64,000 nt of DNA from Isurus oxyrinchus (Eukaryota): assembly GCA_026770705.1 (NCBI GenBank), contig JANJGN010000031.1:930001-994000 (forward strand), given 5' to 3'. The translations under genes were made by a program, and so were the position numbers. The notes beneath the pieces are model-generated. The model saw only the letters and a list, made by a program, of their open reading frames with translations, was not told where the DNA came from and made no database searches. This document shows positions 38,531 to 48,972 of this stretch, piece by piece (positions within the stretch are counted from its first letter, which is position 1; the number at the start of each line of letters is the position of its first letter).

Positions 38531-40714
38531 GCGACCATGGCGTGATTTGAGAACAAGGTTAACAGTTGTAGTTAAGCATTAAAGTAGAGAAGTCTTGGTA
38601 AAACTGCACAGGGAATTGGTGAGGCCACACATATGGCAATGGGTTCCATCTTGGTCATCTTACATAAGGAGGCATAAACTTGCATTGGAAATAGTTGAGA
38701 GACGGTTCACTAGGCTGATTCCTGGCATGAACCACTTGTCATATGAGGAAAGGTTGAGCAGGTTGGAACTGTACAGATTGGAATTCAGAAGAGTGAGCAG
38801 TGATCTTAATGACACAGAACAAAATCTGACGAGACTTAACAGGGTCAGTCCTGAAAGGGTGCTTCCACTCGTCAGAGTATTCAGAACTAGGGGACACAGT
38901 TTCAAGATAAGTGGACTCTTATTTAAGGCGGATATGAGGAGGAATTTCTCAGGAAGAAAAGGAACTGTTAAAGAGGTTTAAAAGCCAACGCTCACAGAAG
39001 ATATGGAAGAGTACAAGAGGCAGAAGGGAATAGAAAGGAAGCGATTGCTAGAGAAAGATCCTGGCCATTGAAGAAATATATGAAAGCCTGGGCACCGACG
39101 AGGAACAAAGATAAATTTCCCACATCATTTGTCCATTTATTTCAAGCAGTTGTTATTCGAACGTTATGTACAATGAAGAACACAGGCTGCAGTAACCTCA
39201 GTGAGAGAGGATGAAATCAAAGGGAGGTGGAGAAAACACTAACCAGCTTGTGAGAGAAGAAGACCCAGAAGAAACGAAGACAGAAGAGGCCACTGTAAAT
39301 TAAGGAATGAGAGCGAGCTTCAACCTGGAAGAAATCTGTAAAGTGCTGAAACGAAGAAAAATCGTCTAATAAGTAAAAAGGGATGAGATACCAGCAGAGG
39401 TACGCACCTGGATAGGACAATCAGGCTCCAGCTCCTGAACAACCTGCCCAATGACATTTCAAGAGAATATTGCAAGGGCATTGCAGGCAATGCATTGTTG
39501 GCAATTTCAAAGGAAAGGGAGACACTCAAGACTGTAAAATTTACGGAGGACTTAAACTCCTATCTCCAAGATATGGGAGAAAATCATAGACCAGAGGCTG
39601 TGAACAATAATGGAAACCTGAAAACAGGGGTATTACCATCCATAGACCAAGGACCCAATAAATGGACTGTTGATTTGAGCCTAGGGAACAGGATCAGAAT
39701 GAAATGTAGAAGTTATGGGAGAGAGAGAGGGAGAGGAAATGTGATGAGGCGAGTGATGCAGATGGGACTGCAGGGAGGAAGAGGAAAACTAGGGTCTGAG
39801 ACCAGATGGAAATATGTAGCGGAAAGAATGGGGCCGAAAGTGGAACAGATGACAGAGAAGGGGAGATGGATTAAATAATCACCCAGGCTTTTTGTGACTG
39901 CAATTAAGGTGGGAAAGGTCAAAGAAGGAAAATAAAGAGTTGGCGGTTGGTGGGGGGTGGGGGGGGGGGGGGGGGGGGTGGAGGTGAGGGTGTGATATCT
40001 TCTTATACTCGAACATGAGTCAGACCGAGTTCTGGACGACAAAGGACTTCAGAGTAAAGGGGAGGGCAGGAAAATGGAATTAAATCCACAATCTCGATTT
40101 TATTGAGTGGCGGAACCGGCTCAAGGGGCTGAAAGGCCTCGTCCTTTTCACACTTCCAATGTTCTTATTTGAATCGATTGCCAGTGTAGGTCAGCTAGCA
40201 CACAGAATTGGGCTCAGCATTCTTGTGGGACCTGACCAATGTTCTATACGACAAAAGTATAACTACTTCCCTTTGTATACCTTCAGATGAAGAGCAAAAA
40301 CTCTTTAACGTTGTGAACTCCTCTTGACACCTGTCCACCAGTTTTGAATTATTTATTCATGTGGATGCAGATTCCTTTGCTCGACCTCCGGCTCTGTTTT
40401 CTCTACATTTAGAAATTACAAGCGTTAGAAACTAGATACCAGAAAGTATCATGGTTAAGTCGAAAGTGGATGACGGCACATCACATTGTAACTCTTTTGA
40501 GCACAAACACGTTTCCATCTGTTCCTATTCAGATGAAGTTAAATTGTTTCATAGCTTACCATTGTGAGATTTGAACTCTTGATCTTGGGGTTACAAACCC
40601 AGTACCATAACCACTTGGCTATTTAGGATTGTATCTGACCCTGCTTTACCACTCAGTTAATCTGTCTATGAGTCTCTGAGCCCTGAGGTACTCTGGCTCC
40701 ATGTGCTCGACTTA

Positions 40715-40815
40715 CAGCCAATCAGATGGGCAGGAGCTGTCAATGAGGGTTAGAGGGCGAGGTTTTGTCGGTTCACTGCCCTCTTCCAGTTCAGTTGGTT
40801 TTGTTATCACTTCTA
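40715..40815 (+). promoter_or_regulatory. Putative V3 promoter
   Basis: ccaatcag 40718 followed by ctgtcaatgagg and gggcga, ~180 bp upstream of the ATG. Confidence 0.55.
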
Positions 40816-40896
40816 GTTAGGGCCTCCCAAGCAACAGTCTGACAGACAGGGCCTCTGGCTTTTGTTACTCCACCCTCAGGGCCTGTGTCCCGAACC

Positions 40897-41505
40897 ATGC
40901 GGATTTCCTTTCTGTCCGGCGTGCTGTCGCTGATCTTGTTGGCGGGTAAGTAAAGCGAGTGCTCGGAGCCACACCGAGGTCTTTAGGATTTGGAGCAAGA
41001 ATGTGTAAAAATAGCTCGCAAAGCAAGTATTTAATGAGAAGAGAGACAGATAGAGAGAGAATGAGTGAATGAAACAGTGAGCGAGCGAAAGAGATAATGA
41101 TAGAAAGAGATAGAGTATGTGACAGAAGAGTATCAGTGACAGAACAATTCATATTTCTGGGGAAATTGAAGTCTCCAGTTTTAATTATCCCTGTTTTACT
41201 TCAAGGTCCTGGTGCGCCTCAGAAGATTGTGCAGTCCCAGCAGTTTGTGTCGGTGAGACAGGGCGAGTCGGTGACTATCCCGTGTACCCAGCACGGGAAT
41301 GATAATTCCATGTACTGGTATCGCCAGCTCCCGGGCCAGGGGCTCCGGAACCTCTTGTACGCAGTGCATGCAGGGGATCCAACCAGGTCGGAAGGGATCA
41401 CCGAGAGATTTTTTGCCAAGAAGACAACAAACGGCAACTTCGACCTGAAGATAGGGACAGTGGAGCGGGCCGACGCGGCTCGATATTTCTGTGCTTGCAG
41501 TGATG
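40897..41505 (+). CDS. TRBV: TCR beta V segment V3, apparently functional (leader 40897-40945, V exon 41206-41505)
   Basis: Leader MRISFLSGVLSLILLA with g|gtaagt donor; acceptor caag. Open exon QKIVQSQQFVSVRQGESVTIPCTQHGNDNSMYWYRQLPGQG..ERFFAKK..FDLKIGTVERADAARYFCACSD with Cys23, WYRQ and YFC; resembles fish TRBV. Confidence 0.92.
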
Positions 41506-41544
41506 CACAGAGACATAGTCAGGCTGAACCGTGTTACAAAAACC
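41506..41544 (+). other. 23-RSS of V3
   Basis: cacagag 41506-41512, 23-nt spacer, perfect nonamer acaaaaacc 41536-41544. Confidence 0.95.
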
Positions 41545-43336
41545 TGCCCGTCTCAGGCACTATAAACCCATGAGTTCTAATGTTATGTCGGACATGATTC
41601 AAGGTGGAGGAATCCGTGTGTCAGAGGGAAAGTTAGCTGTCCTCTATCTATTATCTACATTAAATATATTATCCACCTGTCTGTCTATCTGTCTGCCTTT
41701 CTCTCTGCCTGTCTGTCTGTCTTTCTCTTTCTGTCTGCCTGTCTGTTTAGCTACATATCTAACCGCCTATCTGTTTATCTGTCCATGTATCCCTCCATCT
41801 TATCCATCATTTATCTCCCTGCCTAAAGTTAATTTATTATAATTGCGCTAACTGATGAAGAAAAATCTGTATCACCGGATATAATGTCCTGCTTTTAAGA
41901 TATCAACAGTCACATTGCGTTATTTGGACAAACGTATTAACACGTCATGAGGCATACGCAGATTTTGAGAGGATCATGGAATGATTTAGCACGGAAGGAG
42001 GCCATTCTACCCAACGTGTCCGTACTGACATTGTTAAGGAACGATCCAATTAGTCCTTGTTCAGTCTGCTTTCACAATCCTTCCAGCTAACGTCATTCAC
42101 AACATAAGAACTGACTGAAGAAAGCAATTCTAATTACCGCCCCCAGTCATCTTAATACATCATTCACTGGAAAAGTTTCTGCCCATTCACTATCAAAAAC
42201 ATCCATGGCTCTATCAAATCTCCGCTGTGGAGGAGAATGTCGGCTACTCCAATCTGTCCACACAAACTGAAAACCCTGGAAACCCTCACCCTTTCACCAT
42301 TCTGGCAAACCTTGGCTCAGCCATCTCAGCTCTAACGAGAATAACCAACACAAATCGGAAATAAATAATTTCGGAACCTTTAAACGCCTCTGATACAGTG
42401 TACAAGGTGTATTCAACAGCGGGACACCTGCCCCCTGACAGCGGTTTCAGAATCCGCTGAAAACTGTTAACTCACTTCTCTCAGACAGAAGGCCGCGTTT
42501 CAGGTGTTTATGAAATAATCTGTGAGTTATTGCCAGCAAAGAATTTAACGCTTTCGTTAATGCAGTGCTGGTGCCTGTTCCGATATGTTAAAAGAGAATC
42601 AAAGAACAGAAGAAAGCCATTCCTCCCATCGAGCCTGTGCTAGATCTGTGTGAAATTAGTACAATTAGACATCCCAATTCCCTTCAAGTAACGCAACAGC
42701 AGATTGTTCCATTTCTTTCTCCCTGTCTGCTCCTGCAGCTTCATCACAAATCCTACTAAATGCTTCAGTGCTGTTCTGCTCAAATACATTCTATATCAGC
42801 GAGGTCCACATTCTCACCACTCTCCTGAATACCCGAGTGGATTTATTACTAACTATCTTATAGTCATGGTCTCAGGTTTGGTCTCTCCTGTACATTACTT
42901 CCCCGCCTCACCCTGTTATTTGCCCAGAGCGTCCATTTATTGACCAAAATTCTCCCCTTCAATTATTATTTCCATTCCCTTTAGAAAGGTAGAATTGAAT
43001 TTGCTGCTAACACCCCATCCGGCCGCATCTTCCGGAAGTATTCGTTGCCTCCTTATCTCCCGAGGCTTTGTATGCCAATTATCTTAAGTCTGTATCCTCT
43101 GGTTTACGACCCTCCAACAGTGAAATGGCTGTCACTTTAGCAACTCTATCAAAACCCTTCCTTATTGTGAACGCCCCTATTAAAGTTCTATCTGTCATTC
43201 TCTGCTCTATCATTTATGTGACGTTGATGAACCGCCTGAGGATTGAGTGGAGTGTGGGTTATGAAGCGTGTTATTCGCAACCGGAAGTTTAATCAACTGC
43301 AGAAGTGTGAGAGCCTTTGAACGTGCTCCGTTCGTT

Positions 43337-44078
43337 TAGAAACATAGAAACATAGAAAAGAAGAGAAGGTGTAGGCCTTTCTGCCCTTCGAGTCTGCTCC
43401 GTCATTCATTATGATCATGGCTGACAATCCAACTCAATAGCCTGCTCTCGCTTTCTCCACATATCCGTTGACCCCTTTCACCCCACGAGCTATATCTAAC
43501 TCCTTCTTCAAAATATACAATGTTTTAGACTCAAATACTTTCTGTGGAGCGAATTCTGCAGGATCATAACTCTCTGGATGAAGAACGTTCTCGTCATCTC
43601 AGCCCTAAAGGGTCTACCCCTTATTGTCAGATTGTGACCCCTGATTCTGTACTCCTGCACCATCGGGAACATCCATCCTGCATCCAACCTGTCCATGTCT
43701 GTTAGAATTTTGTAGGTTTCTATGAGAGCCACCCTCATTCTTCCGAATTCCAGCGAATATAATCCTAACAGCCTCAATCCTTCCTCATATGTCAGTCCTG
43801 TCACCCCAGGAGTCACTCTGATAAACCGTCGTTGCGCTCCCTCTATAGCAAGAACTTCCTTCCTCAGGGAAGGAGGACAAAACTGTACACAATCTTCCAC
43901 GTATGGTCCCACCAAGGCCCTTTTTAATTGTAGCAACTCATCCCTGTTCCTGTACTCGAATCCTCTGGCTAAGGCGGCCGACATACCAATTGTCTTCTTT
44001 ACCGCCTGCTGCACCTGCATGCTTACCTTGAGCAACTGGTGTACAAGGGCACCAAGGCCTCGCTGCACATTCCCCTCA
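43337..44078 (-). mobile_element. 5'-truncated CR1 immediately upstream of the V4 leader
   Basis: ORF 43508-44068 with CR1 RT C-terminal motifs; (agaaacat)n tail at ~43338. Confidence 0.9.
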
Positions 44079-44092
44079 GCGAAGCAGCCATT

Positions 44093-44983
44093 ATGCTGTT
44101 TGAATTTCAGTATCGAGCATTGATTTTGTCACTAATTCCATGTAAGTCAAAGTAACAAACTTTTAGATATGTCTTTGTAGCGTTTTGCATTAGAATGCCA
44201 GTTGTCGTCGATCTGGTAGTAATCTAGAGATTTAAGCTCAGATCCAAGGTGATACTCCCGAGGCCAATGCAGTGGCTATTCGGCACTTTCAGATAAGGCG
44301 TTAAACTGATCGGCCCTCTCTGGTGGATGGAAGTGATCCCTGCGCCAAATTGGTGTGTATTGAGTGCTGAGTGTACTGAGCCAGCGTGTATCTCAGAAAC
44401 AACACCAAAATGCCCTGGTCATTTGTTCATTGCTGTTAATGTGAGATGGTTATGCTCAACCTCTCCCCCGCGCTTTTCCCATCACAACAATGACTAGATT
44501 TAAATGAACCCTCGGTGGTAAAAAGATTTGGGATTTCAGAGGTCGGGAACAATCTTTATGAATGGATGCCATTACTTTCTCTATATATCTTCTCTGCCCT
44601 AATCGATTGTTGACTAAAATGAAAATCCAATGGATGTTCTATACATTAGAAATACTCGCCTCTTACGTGGAGTAGTCGGTTTCTCTGCTATTGATTACAG
44701 CAGGGGAAGTCAGCCACATTCTGTTGCACGCTGATGAATATCGGCTATCCCATATGTTCCGGTACAGACAACAACCAGGTCGTGCATTTGAAACTCTTTT
44801 CTATCCTGCGGGAGCAGTGGTTGTCACCAGTTACACCTCCGAGTCATTTGAGGCAGTCAGGACCAGAAAAAACACTGTTTATTCTGGAACTGAGAGACTC
44901 CGCTGCATCTCACGCTGCTGTCTACACCCGTCCTTGCAGCATCGAACATCTTTCGAGAAGCCGGATCCGCAACTACAATACAC
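44093..44983 (+). pseudogene. TRBV: TCR beta V pseudogene V4, TRBV30-like, heavily decayed
   Basis: Candidate leader 44093-44141 (MLFEFQYRALILSLIP, t|gtaagt). Exon from 44650 across frameshifts: YVE*SVSLL / GKSATFCCTLMNIGYP / HMFRYRQQPGRAFETLFYPAG..ESFEAVR / PEKTLFILELRDSAASHAAVYTRPCS. Degenerate RSS aacatct-23-acaatacac (44945-44983). Confidence 0.8.
44255..44570 (+). mobile_element. Deu-domain SINE remnant in the V4 intron
   Basis: ctttcagataaggcgttaaac..ctctggtggatgg..gatccc..cattgctgtt..acaacaatgacta resembles the DeuSINE/SacSINE1 core, from recall. Confidence 0.6.
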
Positions 44984-46104
44984 AGGCATCCAGCGTCATT
45001 TTACACCACTAGGTGGCAGCATTCGATAATTTTCTGTCACCTGTGATGAAAGTGTCATAATTGTCAGAATATTTTCTGCTTTATTGTGAAGCAGGTTTAA
45101 GGGGGTAAGTACAGTTGAGCATCCGGGAGATTTAATTACATTTAGGGTCAGGTAGTCTGCAAGTTTGAAATCATCAAAAGAAGCTAGGTGCTTGACATGC
45201 TAATGAGTAAACATGGATGCTGGCTTATCATGCAATGTTTGAAGGTAATTTGCATTTTTAGATAAATGAAGAGAAATAGATTTCAAAGGGATCTTACCCT
45301 GTTTACCAGTAGCCAGATAAGCAACGCTAAGGAGTGTGATATTTTTCCCAAAGGTTACTGACAATATATTGACAGCATGATGGTTTTATATTATGAGAAA
45401 GATGCAGTTTCGAACAATCAGGAACAATATGATTTACAAATTAAAAATAGAGAAACAGAATAAAAGGCGAAGTGTCAGAAGGCCATGTATGAACTAAAGA
45501 AGTGTGTGAAACAGCTTTTGTGCATAATTCTGCGAGATAACGAAATTCAAGTTGGGGAAAAGCCATTTGGAACTCCACTTGCAAGTGGGGCACTGTGTTA
45601 ACATGATAATCCTGTTTTAAGCCTAAAATCTATCTTGGAACGTTGCCTTAAAGGGAGTGTAACTGTGGTTCAGAGAAATTAGGAATTTTAGGATTAATAT
45701 AGCAGTCAGTAACAGTAGTCTTAGGTAAGCACTTGAAATCTTTATATTTTGTCAATAAATATTTTATTTTTTAAAAAATCACTGAAGGTCTTGGTGGCCT
45801 CATTACTTCTGAATTCAGTGAACACATCTTGTAATAAATACGAATTACAAACTGTTGTGATAGAGTGACCAAGTTTCTCTTGTGGATTTGGTCCACCTGG
45901 CACACATCATCTGCCACATCATAACAGACCATGCATGAGAAAGGACAGCAGGAGATGTTTTTGCCCAAGTTACTGGGTATGGCCCACTTTTTAAGAACTA
46001 TTCATTCGCCAGGTACCAGGGAAGTACAGTGCTTCCATCCAACCACAAGTTAGCTCTATGATTAATTATCGATACCAGGTTAAACAGGGACTGATTTTTC
46101 ACCA

Positions 46105-46920
46105 CATGGTGTCACAGTTGGTTCAGTCGGTGACTTTCTCAAGTCCGAGTCAGAGCGTCTAAGCTTCAGGCCCCCACTCTAGAGTCTTCACCAATCTAGG
46201 CTGGCACTTCAGTACGAATAGTGAGGGAATGCTGCAAGTTTATTATCTGTCCTCATAGGTAGACATAAGAAAGAGACACTTGTATTTAAATACCACCTCA
46301 AAGGCCCAAAGAATTCCCCAAAGCACTTTGCAAAAACTGAATATTTTGCGTTGTAGTCACTAGTCAAATGTAACGGATTCGAAAGCCTATTTAGGTATAA
46401 GAGCTCCCAAAACACAACTTACAAACTGACAGGTGTCATGTATCAGTGATATTGGTAGAAAAACACATATTTGCCCATGACAACGCCTAACTTCCCACTT
46501 TTCGTCTCCTAGCAGCATCAGTGGAAATTATTTCATTGAACATGAGTGCAGTTGTGAATCGGTTTAATACATTATTCGAAAGCCAGCACCACCAACAGTG
46601 TAGCAGTTCCTCAGTACTGACCGTCCCACAGTGCAAGATCCGCTCAGCATCTACTTTCTGATAGTGCAGCACTCCATCAACACTGGCCCTCCGGCCGTGA
46701 GGCACTCCCTCAGTACAGACCCCTAGCAGTTCTACAGCCCCTCATCATTGACCCCACGACAGTGTGGTACTCCCTCAGTACTGACCCTCCGACAGCACTG
46801 TAATCCCTCAGCACTGACTCCCTGACAGTGCGACTCGCCCTCACTACTGACCCTCGGACAGTGCAGCACTCTTTCACTACTGACACCCCGACATGGCGAC
46901 TGTCCCTCACTACTGACAGT
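46105..46920. mobile_element. Two Deu-domain SINE pieces in opposite orientation plus a ~33-bp tandem array (46600-46920)
   Basis: tRNA-like head at 46105-46240 (+), reverse copy at 46270-46620, then ~9 copies of cagtactgaccctccgacagtgcagcactccct. Confidence 0.7.
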
Positions 46921-47497
46921 TAAAGTCTAAAGTCCGCCTAACTCTGTTTCAACTTTCATCCCTGCAGCGCATTCCATTACCACAGGGCGCCCAAAAAATG
47001 CTTCACAACATTTGAAATATTACAATGTATTTAAGGGCGACAATCATCTTCTGCACAGCAAGATCACAGAAAGAGCAAGACGGTGACAAACAGGTGATTT
47101 CGCCATTCTTCTTAATGTTGGTTGTGGTGCAGATCGCGACCCAGGACATTAGATTTTGCAGTCTCCCCGAGTGTGAATGTGTCGGTGCCACATGCATTTG
47201 CCCAACTAGCGTCGTCCTGCCAATTTTCCAACGCTCTGACGATAGACTCTTGCAGCACGAAGGAAGCCATTTGGCCCGTCGTGCGCGTGCCGGCCCTCTG
47301 CGGAAGTTAGTCCCACTTCTTCGCCTTTACCCGATAGCCCTGCAATCCCTTTCTCTCCAGGTCTTATCCAATCCAATTCCCTTTTGAAAGGCACGATTGA
47401 ATGCTCCTCCATCATGTGTCAGGCAGTGTATTCCAGAACGCAACTGTCCTCAACAACTCAGTTCCACTTAACAATTCCTCACAATTCCCTCCCTCAG

Positions 47498-48045
47498 CCG
47501 CATTCAGATGTCCCATGGTGCGCCAGCGGCGGAGGTGGTTGTTCCAAATGATTAAGCGGCGGCAAGGCAATGTTTTCAAACATGTAGCAGTAATGAATAC
47601 CTGTAGCAGTAATACATGTAGCAGTAATGATTACATGCAGCAGTAATACATGTAGCAGTAATACATGTAGCAGTAATGAATACATGTAGCAGCAATACAT
47701 GTAGCAGTCACACATGTAGCAGTAGTGAATACATGTAGCAGTAATACATGTAGCAGTAATGATTACATGTAGCAGTAATACATGTAGCAGTAATACATGT
47801 AGCAGTAGTGAATACATGTAGCAGTAATACATATAGCAGTAATGATTATATGTATTGTTACGAGCAGCTGAGAGACCAGGCCTGAAAGTCACAGTGACCT
47901 CCGTGTCCTTTATCGCGCTAATGCACGAGGAAGAATTCAAGAAACGGCTTGAATTCAGGAGGCCAATCTGAAGTCCTGCATCCTGCAAACACTGAGCGTG
48001 GAGCAGACTGACACGGTGACCTATTACTGTTGAACAGCAAATGCA
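47498..48045 (+). pseudogene. TRBV: TCR beta V pseudogene V5 (V6 family), CDR1 occupied by a minisatellite
   Basis: Acceptor ccctcag; MVRQ / AEVVVPND*AAARQCFQTCSSN [repeat array] DYMYCYEQLRDQ / GLKVTVTSVSFIALMHEEEFKKRLEFRRP / LKSCILQTLSVEQTDTVTYYC*. This parallels V6 (CYQNDSS..YEENFK..KTCTL..YYC). Leader and RSS not confidently identified. Confidence 0.82.
47580..47847 (+). repeat. Minisatellite of 16 units (7 x 19 bp and 9 x 15 bp), acatgtagcagtaat(gaWt)
   Basis: Units counted directly; total 268 bp. Confidence 0.95.
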
Positions 48046-48269
48046 GACCCAGTCCAAAATCTCACTGGGTAACCAAACGGAAAAATTCCAGGCACTCCCA
48101 GACCTAGCGTCGCATAGCAACACGTACGAAATTCCTCCATCTGTTTTGTGTTGGCTGAGTTAATTTCCTCTCGAAAACAGACAGAAGCATTTCGGATTAT
48201 ATGAGTTCACCCATATCTGCGCTGTTTTCATTCAATGCATCAATAGAACTTAAAAATAAAATGAAATTG

Positions 48270-48926
48270 CAGGTTCTTTATCTGAAAGCACGAAGCAGCT
48301 GAAATTAGATGGATGAATTAGTGGCACAAATATAAGTACACGATTTATATGTAATCAGCATGTCAAAAACATGGTGATAAAGGGAATTACATATTAACGG
48401 ATACACAATATGTAGGAAAGTAAACATAATGTCAAAGGGGGTGTGTAGCCCTGACAGTAAAGGGAGACATACAGACATTAATGAGAAAGGATCTGGAGCC
48501 TGAAGATCATGAAGTAGAATCCGTGTGGGTGGAAATAGCAAATGTCAGAAAATACTGGTGGGACCAGTTTCCCGGCCCCCCTCACAGTAATGATACCATT
48601 GGGTACAACATTTAACAGGAAATTATTGAAGTTTGTTACGAAAGCAATGTAATAATTGTTGGGGACTTTAACCTTCATAAAGACTGGGGCAATCAAATTG
48701 GTAAGAATGGCTCAAATGTGTTTGGGGAATGTTTCCGTGACAGGCTCTTGGAGCAGTACGTACTGGATCCAACCAAGGATAAAGCTAACTGAGGTCAAGT
48801 TTTTTTGTCATTCTTTCATGGGATATGGGTGGCGCTGACATGGCCAGCAATTGATCATTTGTGTAATAAAGCAGGGTTAACTCACAATGTCATAGCAAAA
48901 GATCCAATGGGAAAGAGCCATACAGT

Positions 48927-48972
<46 letters not shown>

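Noticed and set aside
39150-39480. Possible host exon
   Set aside because: EEICKVLKR..DEIPAE looks like a decayed LINE RT N-terminus and is too degenerate to annotate.
42340-42500. Faint V-like translation (L*YS..YSTAG..DSGFRIR..THFS)
   Set aside because: No Cys23 or YYC, no splice acceptor and no RSS; indistinguishable from chance.
47580-47847. CRISPR-like appearance of regular repeats
   Set aside because: Units are head-to-tail with no unique spacers, there are no cas genes and the context is vertebrate.
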